A model generated the notes under the pieces. It was not told where the DNA came from. It made no database searches and was given only the letters and a program-made list of their open reading frames with translations. Position numbers and translations under genes: made by a program. A stretch of 63,994 bases of DNA, filler included, from Sphacelaria rigidula (Eukaryota): assembly GCA_964200075.2 (NCBI GenBank). It is 4 parts of 4 records of this genome, joined end to end, with 100 filler letters (N's around TTAATTAATTAA, not from the genome) between each part and the next. Parts side by side here need not be neighbours in the genome. Positions count along the whole stretch, not along the records: positions 16,113 to 32,122 come from CAXNAA020001520.1; positions 32,223 to 48,229 come from CAXNAA020001521.1; 2 more parts are not named here. One strand, written 5' to 3'. Below are positions 22,001 to 34,700 of the stretch, piece after piece; the first letter of the stretch is position 1; each line of letters starts with the position of its first letter.

Positions 22001-25000
22001 CTCTCGAGAAATGCTTGGATGTATCCCACGAAGTCTGTATTCACGACCGAGTCCAGCCGGTTGGCTTCTGCCTGCAACTCGAGGAGATGAACTTCGTGCA
22101 TCTTGGACACTTGCCATCCATTCCTCCAGTTGGGATCATCCCCGTCAACGCGGAAAACATCTCGAGCATTCTCCAAACCGACCTTGAGTAGCTGCACGAG
22201 GGTGGCCAGGTGGGCACCTAGTACCCCGAGCTGTGGAAGCAACGAAGAGTACGCCAGAAGAAAATTACAAGGAAGGAAAAAAAATCGAAAAAAATAACAC
22301 AATGGGAACCAGAGATTCATTCTCGGCGCATCTGCATCGATAACTCCACGCACGAACAACTGCCCCCATCAAGACCACAGGCATTATAAGGGACTTCACC
22401 TTGACTTCGCGAATGAACGCACGAGCGTACGATCTTCGGACACAAATCTCGGATAAGAGCAGCTGTTCTCACAAGACATTCACAGTCTTGGCGGCAACAT
22501 TGATGAAACGGAGAAAGACAACCGTGATATGTACGCGTGATTTTGCCACACAGATGATGCTCAGTCTCTTTTCGACATCACTTTCCTCCATTAATCAACC
22601 TCTCCACATTCCCGGGACTAGTCCGCAGTTTCGAGGGCACACCCCATCTCCTCTCTGGTATCTACCCAAGATTTGCCGAGGAGGATTAGATCGGCACCCC
22701 GCACCACGTCCTCAGCTTCCAACGACGGAAACGAGGCTCTGCCGAAACCCTCCCTACATGTCGGGACCCGCAACCTTCGCTCGTAATTAGCTGGCCGTGT
22801 ACTGAGTAGACCACCGGAGCGCGACGGCAGGAGGAGGGGATCATGACACTCATATACAGTTATTCTATTGGAAATCGTGGTAGATCTATTCGGTAGCGGG
22901 AGAGTCTAGCCGCATGGTAAAATGCGGTGCGACCCCAGCTCCGCGAAACTCTGTGCATTCCCTTGTGAGCCATGAAGGAACTTCACTTGATGTGTAAGGT
23001 CTCGTCGAGCCCCGCTCCTAACCGGAGATACAAGTGAAACGGCATCCTAACCGAGGATACAAGTGAAACGGCACGTTCGGGCGTGGCGATGTGGGACAAT
23101 GACAAACGATGACTACGTGGCATGATAGGGGGAAAACCGTCTTGGCCATGTCAACGTTCTCACACCTCCACGCGCCAGTCCCGGGACCGGTCCTGAGCGA
23201 TAGCGATAGACGCCCGAGACATGAGGGACAGAGCTCGAAGCAGCTGCGTGACGGTATGGGGGGCGGGGCCACGGAAAAAGGGACGTGAGACAAATCAATT
23301 CGTGAACCCGGAAAGCAACGATATACAGCCCGTGAAATCTCGACCTCGAGGGACAACTCGACAAACGGGAACGGAAACATGCCAGATGCACTTTCGGTTC
23401 TTTGTGTACGTGTTCTAGTACAACACGATCAGCGTGCATTCGATAACCGCGGCTCGGCAGTACGTCTATCGTGTGACAACGGCTGAATTTGTACGAGGCT
23501 AGGTAGTGTGAGAAAATCCATGAAGCAGTCGTGAGGATCGCCCTTTGCCAACGGCCCGTGGTGAGCACAACATCTAGCGATACGGCGACAAGTGCGATCG
23601 GAAAGTCATGCGATGTAACGGCAACATGTGAAATATACAGCGACTTACACCTCCAAGCTCACGAGTGTGTGTAACAGGACATGGAAGGACACGGAAGTCC
23701 GTGCTTTGACAGACATACGACCTTACAGCAAAACGCTTGTACTACAGGACATGATGCCATAATACTTGTGTTGGAACCTCTTCTTGTGCGGCGATCATGC
23801 CGTGATAGGCCTCGGACGGGAATGGCTCAAACCACAGCTGGGGCTCCAGCTCCGCCAACAGAATGTAGTGCTTCTGGCGAGCCAAGCCGGCGACAAGCTC
23901 TTGGAGCGACTCTGTGCCCACGCACCGATGGCAGAGTCGCACGGTGCGTTCCGATATCGGAGTCGCATGGTGCGTTTGTAGTTCGTTGTTAATATAAGAC
24001 GGTCATGGCGACAGCAAGGGGAGAACAAAAGAAACGTCAGCCGTTACATTGGTCATTCACACGACATACTGCGTCACAATTTGTCGGGGGAAAAGCTACA
24101 GGCTGGTTCACGCTCATCACCCAAAATTATGTCATCAGCAAATACTTTTCGCAATACCTACCCGATAGTCGCAAACATGATATCATACTAACCGCCATGG
24201 ACAGCTGAAAGAGCGTGACATAGCCGGATTTGTGTGTACGACCATAGTGGTAGCGCCAAGGGCAAAAAGGTATATCGACCAAGCAGCGCCCGTCGAATTG
24301 TTCCGAGATCGAAATTACGAATTCCAAGCCCAGTTTAACCCTTAGACTGCGAGGTTAGTCTTCTGTTGAATCGGCATCAATTTCAAGTGAAGAAAAGTCT
24401 GCATCATCCGAAAACTCTAATCTCGCGGTCCACGGGTCACTCGTGATCTCCACATGCTTCAAATCGTAGTGACCATTATCGGCTCGGGAATCTAACGAAA
24501 AAAAAAAGATTAAACGGTTGCTATGGGGGTCGAATTATAGCTAAAACCGTGATGTTTCGGTTATGTCGGCTGTTGGCGTCGTCTAATCTCCATTAATGAT
24601 ACGAACGAAAGATCCAGGGAGCCTCGTGACGGGGTCCCCTATCATTGTTGTAGAAGAGCTCAGATCGCCATCAAACTTGGCAATTCCGTACGTAATGCTG
24701 CTCCAAGTAGAAAAAATGTATTCTTGACAATATTTCATAGTTTTTCCATTGTCTACCGGCTTCCGCGGGTCCCGGTCTGAAGACCCCGGAAGGCGGTACA
24801 GAATGCCTCGAAAAAAAAAATGAAATGATGCGTCCCGGAAGAGTCCAAGGGAAACATGTACAAAGTTTGGTGGAGAAAATCGAAAAATTCGTACAGTTTT
24901 TTTTTGCCTTGACGTGAAATTCAACCAAAAAGACGTTTCCAAAAACCAAGCACCGTAAGAGTGCGTGTTATCGCACCCTAGTGCGATCGCCCAATTGAAT

Positions 25001-28000
25001 GTTTTGCTTCTTCGATTTTTTCCGCACCCCCGTGCTAAATCAGGGCACCGTGCCAAATTGGGGACCCCCGTGCGACAATCGAATTAAATCCCTTGCTTCT
25101 GCAGTTTGAAGAGCACCCCCGTGCGATATCTCGGATCCGTGGGATACTGAGTTCCTGAAACAACACAAAGCGTGCTCCACTGGCGCCACTGCTGTGGCAG
25201 GATAGCATGAATGTACCGGTTATACTGTAGCCGGAGATGCAAAACGAAAAAAAAAACGATGCACAGTTTTCTGCGAATTTTGCAGAGTTTTGTTCCACCG
25301 GTCCTCCCGCGGCGGGAGACGAAGTCGCGCCCGATATGGATTTCATCGAAATTATCGCACCCCAGTGCGCTTTCAAGGACCCCCGTGCGAAAATGCAATT
25401 AAATCACTTCGAACTCTTTTTTTTTGGCGCACTCCCGTGCCAAATCGGGGCACCGTGCCAAATCGGGGAACCGTGCGATAACACGCACTCTTACGGTAGT
25501 TGGGAGTTGCACATTTCAAGTCCACGTCCTCCACAAACGCGCAAACCTTTACGCCGTAATTAGCAGTTAAACCCTGAAACTTTGCACAAATATGCTATGT
25601 GTCATAATGCAACTGTCTGCAGACGAGGTTCTTTTATTTCGTGAGGTTTTCACTGTTTTTCGGGGGTCCAACGGGATCGAGTCGTTTTTTGCAGTAATCT
25701 CCATTCTGGGACCCCGGAAAACCAGCACTACGCTTTTGTTTTTTTGTTTTTTCGCGAACGAGCTGTCGCCGCATAACCCAAGATAGGACTCCACAAAATG
25801 ACTCGCAAAACCCGATCAGCTGATGCTTAAAGTTTTATGTTCACGTCAAAGAAGGCCCAGAAACGCCGTTTTGGTACAAAAATGAAGTAGTTTGCGGTTT
25901 CACCGCGGCACGGCAAAGTTCATCACACAAAAGCGAAAAACCTCACGCCGGTTTCAGGAGTTAGACCCTGAAATTTTGCACAATTGTTCTATGAGTCATA
26001 ACGCAACTTTGGATGAACGAGGTTTTTCTTTTTTTTTGTTACCGTTTGACGGGGGTCGGATTGGATCGATGTTTCCCCGAAAAAACCCGGACCCCCGAAA
26101 AACGATAAAAACGATAACATCGTGAAGAAGTGAAAAAAAAAAAAACTCCACCTTCGAAAGTTACGTGATGCCCTATACAACATATGAGCAAAATTTCAGG
26201 ATCTAACTCCCTGAAACGGCGTGAGGTTTTGCCGATGAGTGCTTTCTGGGTGATACGCGTGAACCAGCCTGTACCATACCAGCTGAGCGCTGTTACATGT
26301 AGATACCTGGAACAACACTCCACTCACAGGGGGAGTATACAATAGCGCGTCTCGCGGTCTGATGGAAAATCTTCGAACCACACGTCCGTGAAGTTGGTGT
26401 CTCAATTTCCGGGCTGGAAAGTCTTCTTATTAGGTCCCGCAGGAAAACATAATAGTACGTGACATGTTGACTTGCGGACACGACACATATATCTGACAGG
26501 ACCTATACCGCAGTGCTTCGGCTGCGAAGTGGTGATCGTGACTCCATGTCTGCCGATGCGAGTATGTGCAAATTGATTTTGAGGTCCCGATGTTCTTGCA
26601 GTAGGGGTCCTACTATCGCAACTGTCAATAGCGTGAAACCAGCATTGTCTCCAGTGCTGTTACAGCAGTGACCTTACCTCGGTGCGTCTAGGTGTTTGGA
26701 CGCTATCTGCGGTACAAGGCAAAAGTGCAACATCTAGCACCCATGTGCGCAGAAGCTATGCTGGGCAAGGTCGTACTAGCCCTTGTCACTGTGCAGACTG
26801 TTGGGAGTACAGATGCCAACGACTGCGTTCTCATGCTTGATATTCGATTATATGGAAAACTACCGTACATCTTGTGCAGGTTGGATGCAATCCAGAGCCG
26901 TAAAGTGTCCCGTTATATTGCGTTGATCACGAACATGCCGTACCATTTTTTTCATTCAAAATACGAGTATGAAGTTCCGTTTTCTTCTTTCATCCTTGCA
27001 CTTTTCATACATATACATGCGTATTTGGAAAACTCTACACCTTTCGCGTTGGGTCAATGTTGCCCATGCGGCCATTATGGGTCATCTCTCGTCGCATTGG
27101 TCTCATCATTGGGCTATAAAATGGCGGATTGCTGAACTTGGAGCCATGATACGGTGGGGGTGCACACATATTTTCTGAGGCTAGAATTGTTACGAGTCCT
27201 TTATCTCATCCAGAGCACGACTTATGAAATATGTGAGAGTACGCCAGGATTATTATTCCAGTGTGCTAGGGATGTCTCGAATGAATCTGCAAACGGGGAC
27301 GCCCTGATCCGTGTTCTTGAGCATCTAGAATCGCTACGAGCCCCTGAAGCAGACAAGATTTTGCGCAAAAAGTGCACCTCTACCGTAGCATTGCTGCTTT
27401 GTTCGATAAAGAAATGGACTGTTCCATGTAAATCTCCTCATCACTATTTCCCCCTTTTCATTTTTCTTGATTGATTCGGCTTGTCTTTGCTGGCAGTTTC
27501 CGCTGCATGTTGCTCGGGGGTCTCAAGGTTGCAAAGATGGAACGCAGTTTGTGCTCGTTAGCGGTCAAAGTATGTCATGCTCCAGTGAACGAATACATCT
27601 TTTGTCGTGCGTTTTAAAAAATATGTTTGCTTAATCAACGCTCATGTCACCCCGAGTAATTTTTCACTCAAATTTGTTGCATAGGCCCGACAAATGAGCG
27701 AGATATCGACAGGTGCCATCAAACGTACTACTATCGTGACTACCGTATCATGGGCTTCGGATCACGTACGGTAAGGAAGTAGGTAACGTGTTCCCACGTC
27801 TTGATACAGCATTGGATGACCAAGTGGCTAGGGAACTCGAAGTTGGCGTACTATAGAAGCTGTCAGTCTAATAATGTCAACAAAATGTTTAGCTAGGTGC
27901 CGAAGCCGGGGTACTGTCCTTGTTTCTACTCTTCTTTTGGCCAATCGCGATCCGAAAAAATAGCCAACTCCTCGCTGATGGCTGAGCTACGTGACTGAAC

Positions 28001-31000
28001 TTCACCGTCACTTCGCGTCTTCTGCGAGCTGTCACTAGGCAGCACTGCTCCACTCACCCATCAAAAGAACATTCCATCATCATTAGCATTTTAAAGGAAC
28101 CTTGCACTATCGCGCTACCTTCATCCGAGATGTGGACATCCCACAGGATATTCCTCGGGAATGTGGATATTCCTCTGAAATGTCCATCCAGGACGTCCAT
28201 CTGGGATATATCCCATATGGATGCCCATATCTCAAATAAGGGTCGTTTCGTTGACCCAATTATCCCGGCGATTTCAAGGGGGCCTTCCTCCATATTTTCG
28301 ATTCCTTTGTCTGTCTGTTTGCTTTGTCTTCGTTTTATTTTTCCAGTCTACTCCTTGTGTCCATTCCACCTTCCTGTTTCCTTCACTTCTCGTGAGCGAG
28401 TATTTCCGCCATGTTCTCTCTGGGGTACGTCAACCATGTGACCACGGCTGGATCCATGGGGGATCAGCTGATGTGCGACGATTGGTCGAAAATCAATCAC
28501 TCAATCAATTCATCAAATCGATTCAGGGATAGCGACCTTCGTGGACAGAGGACACCATCCCTCTGAATTAATGGCTCTGAGGGTGATCTACATATGTGTG
28601 TAGCAGCATCATCATCATCGTCATCATCATCATCACTCACGCCTGCGCGTGAGAGGTCTACGCCGAGCCCAACTACGACCCGTGCCCCGGAGCTATCGAA
28701 GAAGGGTCATCTCACCATTCAAAGACTGCGAAACATCAGTGCCGTGCCCTCGAGACACACGAAACGCCACCGGATAGTCTTCGAGAATCTGTGACCATGC
28801 CACTCGCAAGGAAACATGAAAGATGCAAGACGTAAAACACTGGATCCGAACCCATCCAACCCCTTCTCATTGTCCCATTTTTGTGTTTCAACCTCACGTG
28901 CATCTAGGTGTTCATTTCTTCCCCGTGACGTTCCGCGGCATGTGACCGCGGATCTGAGATAACACAGAGATCAGCGCCGGTACATGAATGAAATATGGAG
29001 AGTTCTGAAAATATTGTCAGGCGTGACAAACGTTGAACAGTGTGAGTAATTTTAACCCACGCTGCAAGTTATCTTCGATCTCCAGTTCTCCCCCTTGACA
29101 CCGGTTTTTCGTTTTGCACATGACATTTAGTTGATTCGTCACTGTCGTACGCCACACAGTGATAAATTGTTTCTTGTATTTCAGTGACTTGCATTTGTTG
29201 TTCCCAGCATTTTGCATCTTTATACCATCGCTTTCTCGTAGTTTTGTAGTTTCGTATTTGACTGACTTCGTAGTTTTGTCATGTCGTATTTGTGGTATTT
29301 GCGATCACCGATGGAGTTACTCCCGCTTTCCTATCTCTCTTCCTGCTCGGAGTTTACAATAGTATCTTCATAATTTGGAAAATTTGCACTGGTTTTTCGC
29401 CTTTAGCGCGCGGTGTAGTCTCTCGTGTTTGGTAGCGTTGCTTGAAATTAGGCACAAGATATATGCCATGTTTGGTGATTCAGTTTGTGTAATTGTTTTG
29501 AACGCCCCCGGAACTCATTTGCACGCAGTTGAACGACAGAAATATATACACGGGATGAAAAGCGCAGCAGTCTAACAACAGAGTTGGACGTACGCGCTAC
29601 GCTTCGGTACGGCGGAGCCAGCCCTGACGTTGGAAATGGCGGCACAGTTCAGCAGTCACGACATGGCCTTCATTCAATTTTCGTATACCGCGCTTGCTTC
29701 TTCTCGTGTTCGTTGCTTTCCATCTGAGTTCATTTCCGTCCTGACTCTTTGATGTAGAATGTGTTTGGATTTATATATACGGTACATCGCAGTTGTGAAC
29801 GCAGGGCATGTCGAGAACCGCGAAAATCGAAGCACGGCACCAGCGTTTGCGGCTACCGTGGTAACCGCACAATCTGAACTTCGCGGAAGGCACGGTAGCC
29901 GTTCGATTCCGTACCTCACCATACCGTGGGTTCGGAAAGTCACATTCCGTATTTGAGGGCGAAATCATGATGATAAAATACCACTGCGTACCATTCCGCA
30001 TGATCGAGGTACAACAAATGGTGCAACGCAGTGATAACCGCGAGAATCAAGCACCGTCAATGTACCGTGCAGTTAATGACGTCGTTACCACAACCGACAA
30101 CGGTCCTTCTGTACACAGACGTTAACCAGCGCGGGGAATGCTGCACACAGAGTGCGATAATACAAGGTAGGCACTACGGCATGACACTTGAGGCGTTCAC
30201 AACCATTGTGTTTCCGACGGGAGGTTGGCAGGCAGGTGAGAAGGGGTTTCCAGATATCGGCCGTCGAAAAAATATTGAAGGGATCTTTCCGTATCATGCA
30301 GCGCGTGCGCGTACGCCAAACACGTGATTAACGGTTGGTCACTGTACTTGTTAACTGACAGGTGATAGATACGCGCAGGGCACATCAAAGTATCAAATAG
30401 AGCATAGTAGGCAAGATTTGCTTGGGGCGAAGAAACAAACAGCAAGAATAAAATGCGTAATGACAGTAAAACATCATCAGCAACACATCTAATGCACACA
30501 ACCTCCGATACGGGAAACCAGGATGACGTGGGGTAGACGCCTCTCACCATCCGTGAGCTTCATACTCAGGCCCGAAACTACTGTGTCGCCTGTCGCGCAT
30601 AAACGTCCGCCCTTTCCTCCCTCCAAGTCCTCTTCCTCATCGTCTAACGCCACTTCAGACATCTCTGCAGCGTCGCTCGTCCCGCCGCCATCCTTGATGT
30701 TGCCGGTCTGCAAATCTTCATCGCCTGGTGTCACGCGCAAACGCGATCTCGCCGTGCGCGCCTCCCCCTTCCCCGCCACCATCGGCCCGCTCTTGTCCTC
30801 GAACTCATCACACTTACCACCGACATTGCAACCAACACGGACACCTTGAAGATTCGTGTCACCCCAAACCTCCCCTTCGTCGCTACTGGATGACCTGACT
30901 CGACCGCGTCGCGACGAGCTCCCCGAGCGGGCTTGAAGATTTGCTCCGCCCCAAATCTCCCTTCCGTCGCTGCTAGACCTCCTGTGTCGAACGTGTCGCG

Positions 31001-31807
31001 ACGAGCACCCCGACCGCGGGGGTACAACAGGATCGTGCCGTCTGCCGCAGCTACCTACGTCAGAGCAACTACGATCGCCCACAGACCGACGATGAGGATA
31101 TCGGTGCCGGAGCGACAGCGGTGGCTGCGGGTCTTGCGTTGCTGCCATTGGGACCGCAGAGGCGTTGTCGGAAGAAGCTTGTGACAGCTCCGGCGGAGGC
31201 ATGCCATGCACGTCCACGGTGGCGCCTCCGGCGTCGGACGGAGCGGAGTTCAGCGATATGGGGAACGGAGGGCGGCTGTCGCGGGGGCAGACTCGCGAAC
31301 TGAACAAACGCTGCCCGTTTGTGCAGACCTTTGTTTTGCGGGGGGGGGTGTGGGTGTGCCGGGGGAGGTGACATCATCAGACGGGGATAAGGATAGGGGT
31401 GGGCGAGCGGGAAGGTACTGACTGATGCAAGAGATCAGAAGCTTTAATCGTGTGCATCGTGCTGCCAGCGTGCCAGACCGCTGATATCTTTTGTGTTCAA
31501 ACCGGTATGAAATTCAGAAAGCTCCCTTCGAATTCATCTGGGCGGTGTTTCAGGTAGATTCTTCTACGCGTGGCCCCGCGCAGGAGCCAGGTTTTCGTGT
31601 TGCGGATCTCATCACGCGACTTGTCCACTCACCACACGACCGAATGTGCGCCGTCCAACCAAACGAAATGGTCAAATGGCGGTTTTTCATTCCGGCTCGA
31701 AGGGTGTTACTTCTGTCGCTACAGCTACCACACACCCACCTCGTGCAGTGCTGCATCGAGAGCCTTGTAGACTTCCTCCTTCACCAGATCTTTGGCTCGC
31801 GTTGGAA
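22001..31807 (-). CDS. FUSC/aromatic-acid-exporter (ArAE/ALMT-like) membrane protein, partial; exons 31807-31740, 31310(or 31328)-30548, 23911-23778, 22230-22001
   Basis: Four AG/GT-bounded exons splice in consistent phase: xPTRAKDLVKEEVYKALDAALHE / RLFSSR...LSMKLTD / ESLQELVAGLARQKHYILLAELEPQLWFEPFPSEAYHGMIAAQEE / LGVLGAHLATLVQLLKVGLENARDVF...VGYIQAFLE. The P.RA..L motif and the A..EP.lW..PFP...Y motif are typical of the region after the transmembrane block in this family. The TM exons and the terminal exon were not identified. Confidence 0.68.
24099..26271. mobile_element. Non-autonomous Tc1/mariner-type DNA transposon (2173 bp including a nested MITE), in an intron of the FUSC-like gene
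   Basis: TA|CAGGCTGGTTCACGCTCATCACCCA ... TGGGTGATACGCGTGAACCAGCCTG|TA. A second copy lies at 62932-63994. No transposase ORF is seen. Confidence 0.88.
24953..25496. mobile_element. 544-bp pogo/Tc1-mariner-like MITE nested in 24099-26271
   Basis: 24-bp perfect TIR CCGTAAGAGTGCGTGTTATCGCAC. Flanks are CA and TA. The sister copy shows the empty site AACCAAG-TA-GTTGGG (reverse complement, at about 63677-63691). Confidence 0.9.
28240..28520 (+). mobile_element. 5'-truncated LINE-like 3' end with (AATC)n tail; related minus-strand copy at about 34195-34420
   Basis: ...TGTGACCACGGCTGGATCCATGGGGGATCAGCTGATGTGCGACGATT...AATCAATCACTCAATC matches the reverse complement ...TGTGAACACGGCTGGATCATGATCTCTGGGGGATCGGTCCAAGTGCGACGATCAAATCAAATC. 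Both have pyrimidine-rich upstream bodies. Confidence 0.6.
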
Positions 31808-32122
31808 CTGGCAGGTTCATTCGACGTACGGGGGCGGGAGGTAAGGAAAATAAAGAGTGTGCTGAAGGGAATCAAAACTAGGCCTAGAATGTGTGCACAA
31901 AGAAGTCGAAACCTACTTTGTACGGCCAGCGTTATGCTTCGGGAACCAGAATGATGGTCGTACTGTGCACAATATTCGGTGCCCTTCCAACTCGACAAAA
32001 CACCGTGTGCTGCACCGAATCTATTATATGCGACAACGGTCGATCTGCTTGGGTGTACTCATGATCATGCTTGCCATAGTCATAAGACCATTGACCTCGC
32101 ATCCCTACAGAGTCGGGACGGA

Positions 32123-32222
32123 NNNNNNNNNNNNNNNNNNNNNNNNNNNNNNNNNNNNNNNNNNNNTTAATTAATTAANNNNNNNNNNNNNNNNNNNNNN
32201 NNNNNNNNNNNNNNNNNNNNNN
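32123..32222. other. Artificial 100-nt contig linker
   Basis: N44-TTAATTAATTAA-N44. Confidence 0.97.
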
Positions 32223-32229
32223 GTACCTT

Positions 32230-32850
32230 GGTACCCTAGGGTGATACAGTGCATGACACTTCATCAGTACGGTACATGATAATGCCGTGTGATGATACAT
32301 CATGGTACAGTCGGTATCGCGAGAGCAGTAAACAAACAGTGCGCGAGCAGAGTCCAGTAGTGCAGTGCCGTACATCACCCTGCAAGTACAGCGACAACAA
32401 ACTAGGAGAGGACAGTGGCGTTTGTTATAATAGTGATATATGTGGTGACGCAGCGCAGCATTAAATATTACCATCGCGGCGGGGTACGGCGTCAGCACTT
32501 CTCGTCCGCTTGTCAAACCCTGTGAAAAGCTGCTCTAGCAGATGGCGCGGGCAGGCACACACTGCGTTCTCACGAAACTGCCGTTGCGGAAAGATCATAC
32601 GCCTCGTACCCTACCAGTGTACGTCAATGCGCGCACGTCACCTCAAGAAAAATCGGGGGGAGTCACGATCTCGGATCGATTTCCCCCGGTTTTGTCGAAA
32701 AAATCGGGAGAAACCGACCCGAGACCGCGACTCCCTGATTTTTTCGCCTCCGATTTGATCGAAATCGGAGTCCACAGAAGGCTTCCCCCGATTTTTTCCA
32801 CCCGACGCTCGAAAAAATTGAGATGGGTGAATGCCACAAAAAATTATTAT
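32230..32850 (+). repeat. Dispersed ~0.5-0.6-kb repeat, second copy at about 45250-45760
   Basis: Shared blocks TACATGAT..GTGTG.TGATACAT.ATGG.ACAGTCG, CAGTAGTGCAGTG..TACATCACCCTGCAAGTACAGCGA and CCCCGATTTTTT..GCTCGAAAAAAT..GGTGA.TGCC occur in the same order. Confidence 0.75.
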
Positions 32851-33000
32851 ATTATTATTATCCATCACATTAGCTCGATCCCTCGAACCTGTGGTCACAG
32901 AGTACAAGGAGCGTACCACCAATATACCCATAACCCAAACAGCCTTCAGAAGAAGGCAAGAAACAAAAGCATCTACACGAAAAAATGGTCTCGGAATTTT

Positions 33001-33360
33001 ATGGCGACGGATCTTGATTTTTACAAATATGACGATTTCGGTCCGTCTACGGGCTGTTTTCTCCCGTGGATTGTTTTTTCGGACTCCTCCCCGTTGGGCA
33101 ATGTTTTTCGGCTAGTTGTGAGAAAACCGGATCAACACTCCGATTCTCTGGACGTTGACTTTTGATACTTTGCCTTTCTGCTCAAATTGGGACACTCCCG
33201 CATTTCCCCCGATTTTTCCGGAGAGTTAATCTGGTTTTCTCACAGCGCCCCGGAAGACATTGCCCAACCGGCAGAAGTCTGGAAAGTCAATCGACGGGAG
33301 CAAATCGCCTCTAGACGGACCGAAATCGTCATATTTGTACAAATCAAGATTCGTTGTTAT
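33001..33360. mobile_element. ~360-bp foldback MITE
   Basis: ATCTTGATTTTTACAAATATGACGATTTCGGTCCGTCTA is inverted against TAGACGGACCGAAATCGTCATATTTGTACAAATCAAGAT. Arms are about 140 bp. TSD not resolved. Confidence 0.75.
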
Positions 33361-34584
33361 TCAAGATGGTCTTGGTACTTGGCGCTGATTAGTTTTTCTG
33401 CAGATTTTGGATTATCCCCAGTACTGTAACCCCTCGACCGTTGAGGGTCAAGCTACCCGACCCATACTTCACTTTTCAGTTGGAACGATGCCGGGAGGAC
33501 AGATCCTCCATTCTAGCGGTCGAACAGTTGGAAATTGCGCCCGTGAAGCGCACAACAAATCGAGTACAACCATTTACTGCAGGGCATTGGTATTTTCTGC
33601 TGTTTCATTTTAACTCGTGGCCGCTGGGACCATGTACCGTTTCACGAATTTCATTGTTATTGTTCGATCGAAAGCTCAGGTTTTTGCTTGGACCCAGCTC
33701 CAGCAAAATGAGCGCAGTTCGCTCAAATCAATTCCACCGCGCATTTTTTTCGATCGAAAGAAAGTGTGCTTGGGCACACACCCTTACTCGGATGCTTGGG
33801 CATTCACTGTACTGCACCGTACTGTACTGTGGTGTGCTCAGACCTTGCGAAAATTGTTCGGTCTCTGCTGGAGTCACCTGAGCTGTTGTACTGACTGCTC
33901 TTGCATCTCGCTCTGTATGAGACAACTGAGGTCGACCCGCGGTGCTGTCTCGTCAAAGTTGAAAATGTCATGTGTGTTTGCTGGATGCTGTGTTGTAACG
34001 AACAACGCGCTTCGGGCCCACACCCATCATTCCTGTGCTGTAACTGACACGGTAGTGTGGTGCATTTGAACCATGCGAAGATTATTTGGTCTGCGCTAGG
34101 GATTTCGGGTGAACTGCTGTACTCTTGCTGTGTCCCGGTCGGTACACGTGTCTGGATACTGCCAAAAACGCCATCGACGTGTTTTGAATGCATTTGTTGA
34201 TTTGAATTTGATTTGATTTGATCGTCGCACTTGGACCGATCCCCCAGAGATCATGATCCAGCCGTGTTCACACGATAGACGTATCCGAGACAGAACAACA
34301 CTGAAACGTTCGCTGAAGAAGAACGAATACATCAGAAGAGGTAGATCAGACAAACCGAGTACACTGAGAATAGGAGAGGATACAGAAGAAAGAAGATAAA
34401 ACAATCACAACAGAGGTGAGTAAAAAAAAAAAGGATAACGAGGGATGACCGGCCTCTGCCACATGGCTCGGTGGAAAAGGAATTGTATGTGAATCTCACT
34501 CGCGCTTCGTGCCCAGACCCATTAAGCGAGGTGGGTTAACCGGTTGGGCTACATCCTGTTCATGGTTGACACATTTTACAACTA

Positions 34585-34700
34585 TCGCTAACCGCAACCC
34601 CAACCCAAGGCATACCGAAAACCCTCGGGCAAGGGAGGTGTTTGAGGTTGCCCAGGCAAAGTGTGGCGTTGGTAGGCCTCAATAACGCCGATTTGGAAGA
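34585..34700. repeat. Dispersed repeat with (AACCCC/AACCGC)-like end; inverted sister copy at about 38615-38760
   Basis: The reverse complement AAATCGGCG..TTGAGGCCTACCAACGC..CCTTGCCCGAGGGT..GCCTTGGGT.GGGGTT matches 38620-38758. Confidence 0.65.

Noticed and set aside
23019-23073. Short ~29-bp tandem duplication (TAACC..GATACAAGTGAAACGGCA x2)
   Set aside because: An isolated local duplication in an intron with no further structure.
26692-27474. Two consecutive plus-strand ORFs inside the FUSC-like intron
   Set aside because: No domain motifs and non-ATG starts; treated as chance or decayed sequence.
31724-31840. Apparent plus-strand exon LPHTHLVQCCIESLVDFLLHQIFGSRW
   Set aside because: It is the antisense shadow of the minus-strand exon PTRAKDLVKEEVYKALDAALHE, which fits the phase and family motifs of the neighbouring exons.
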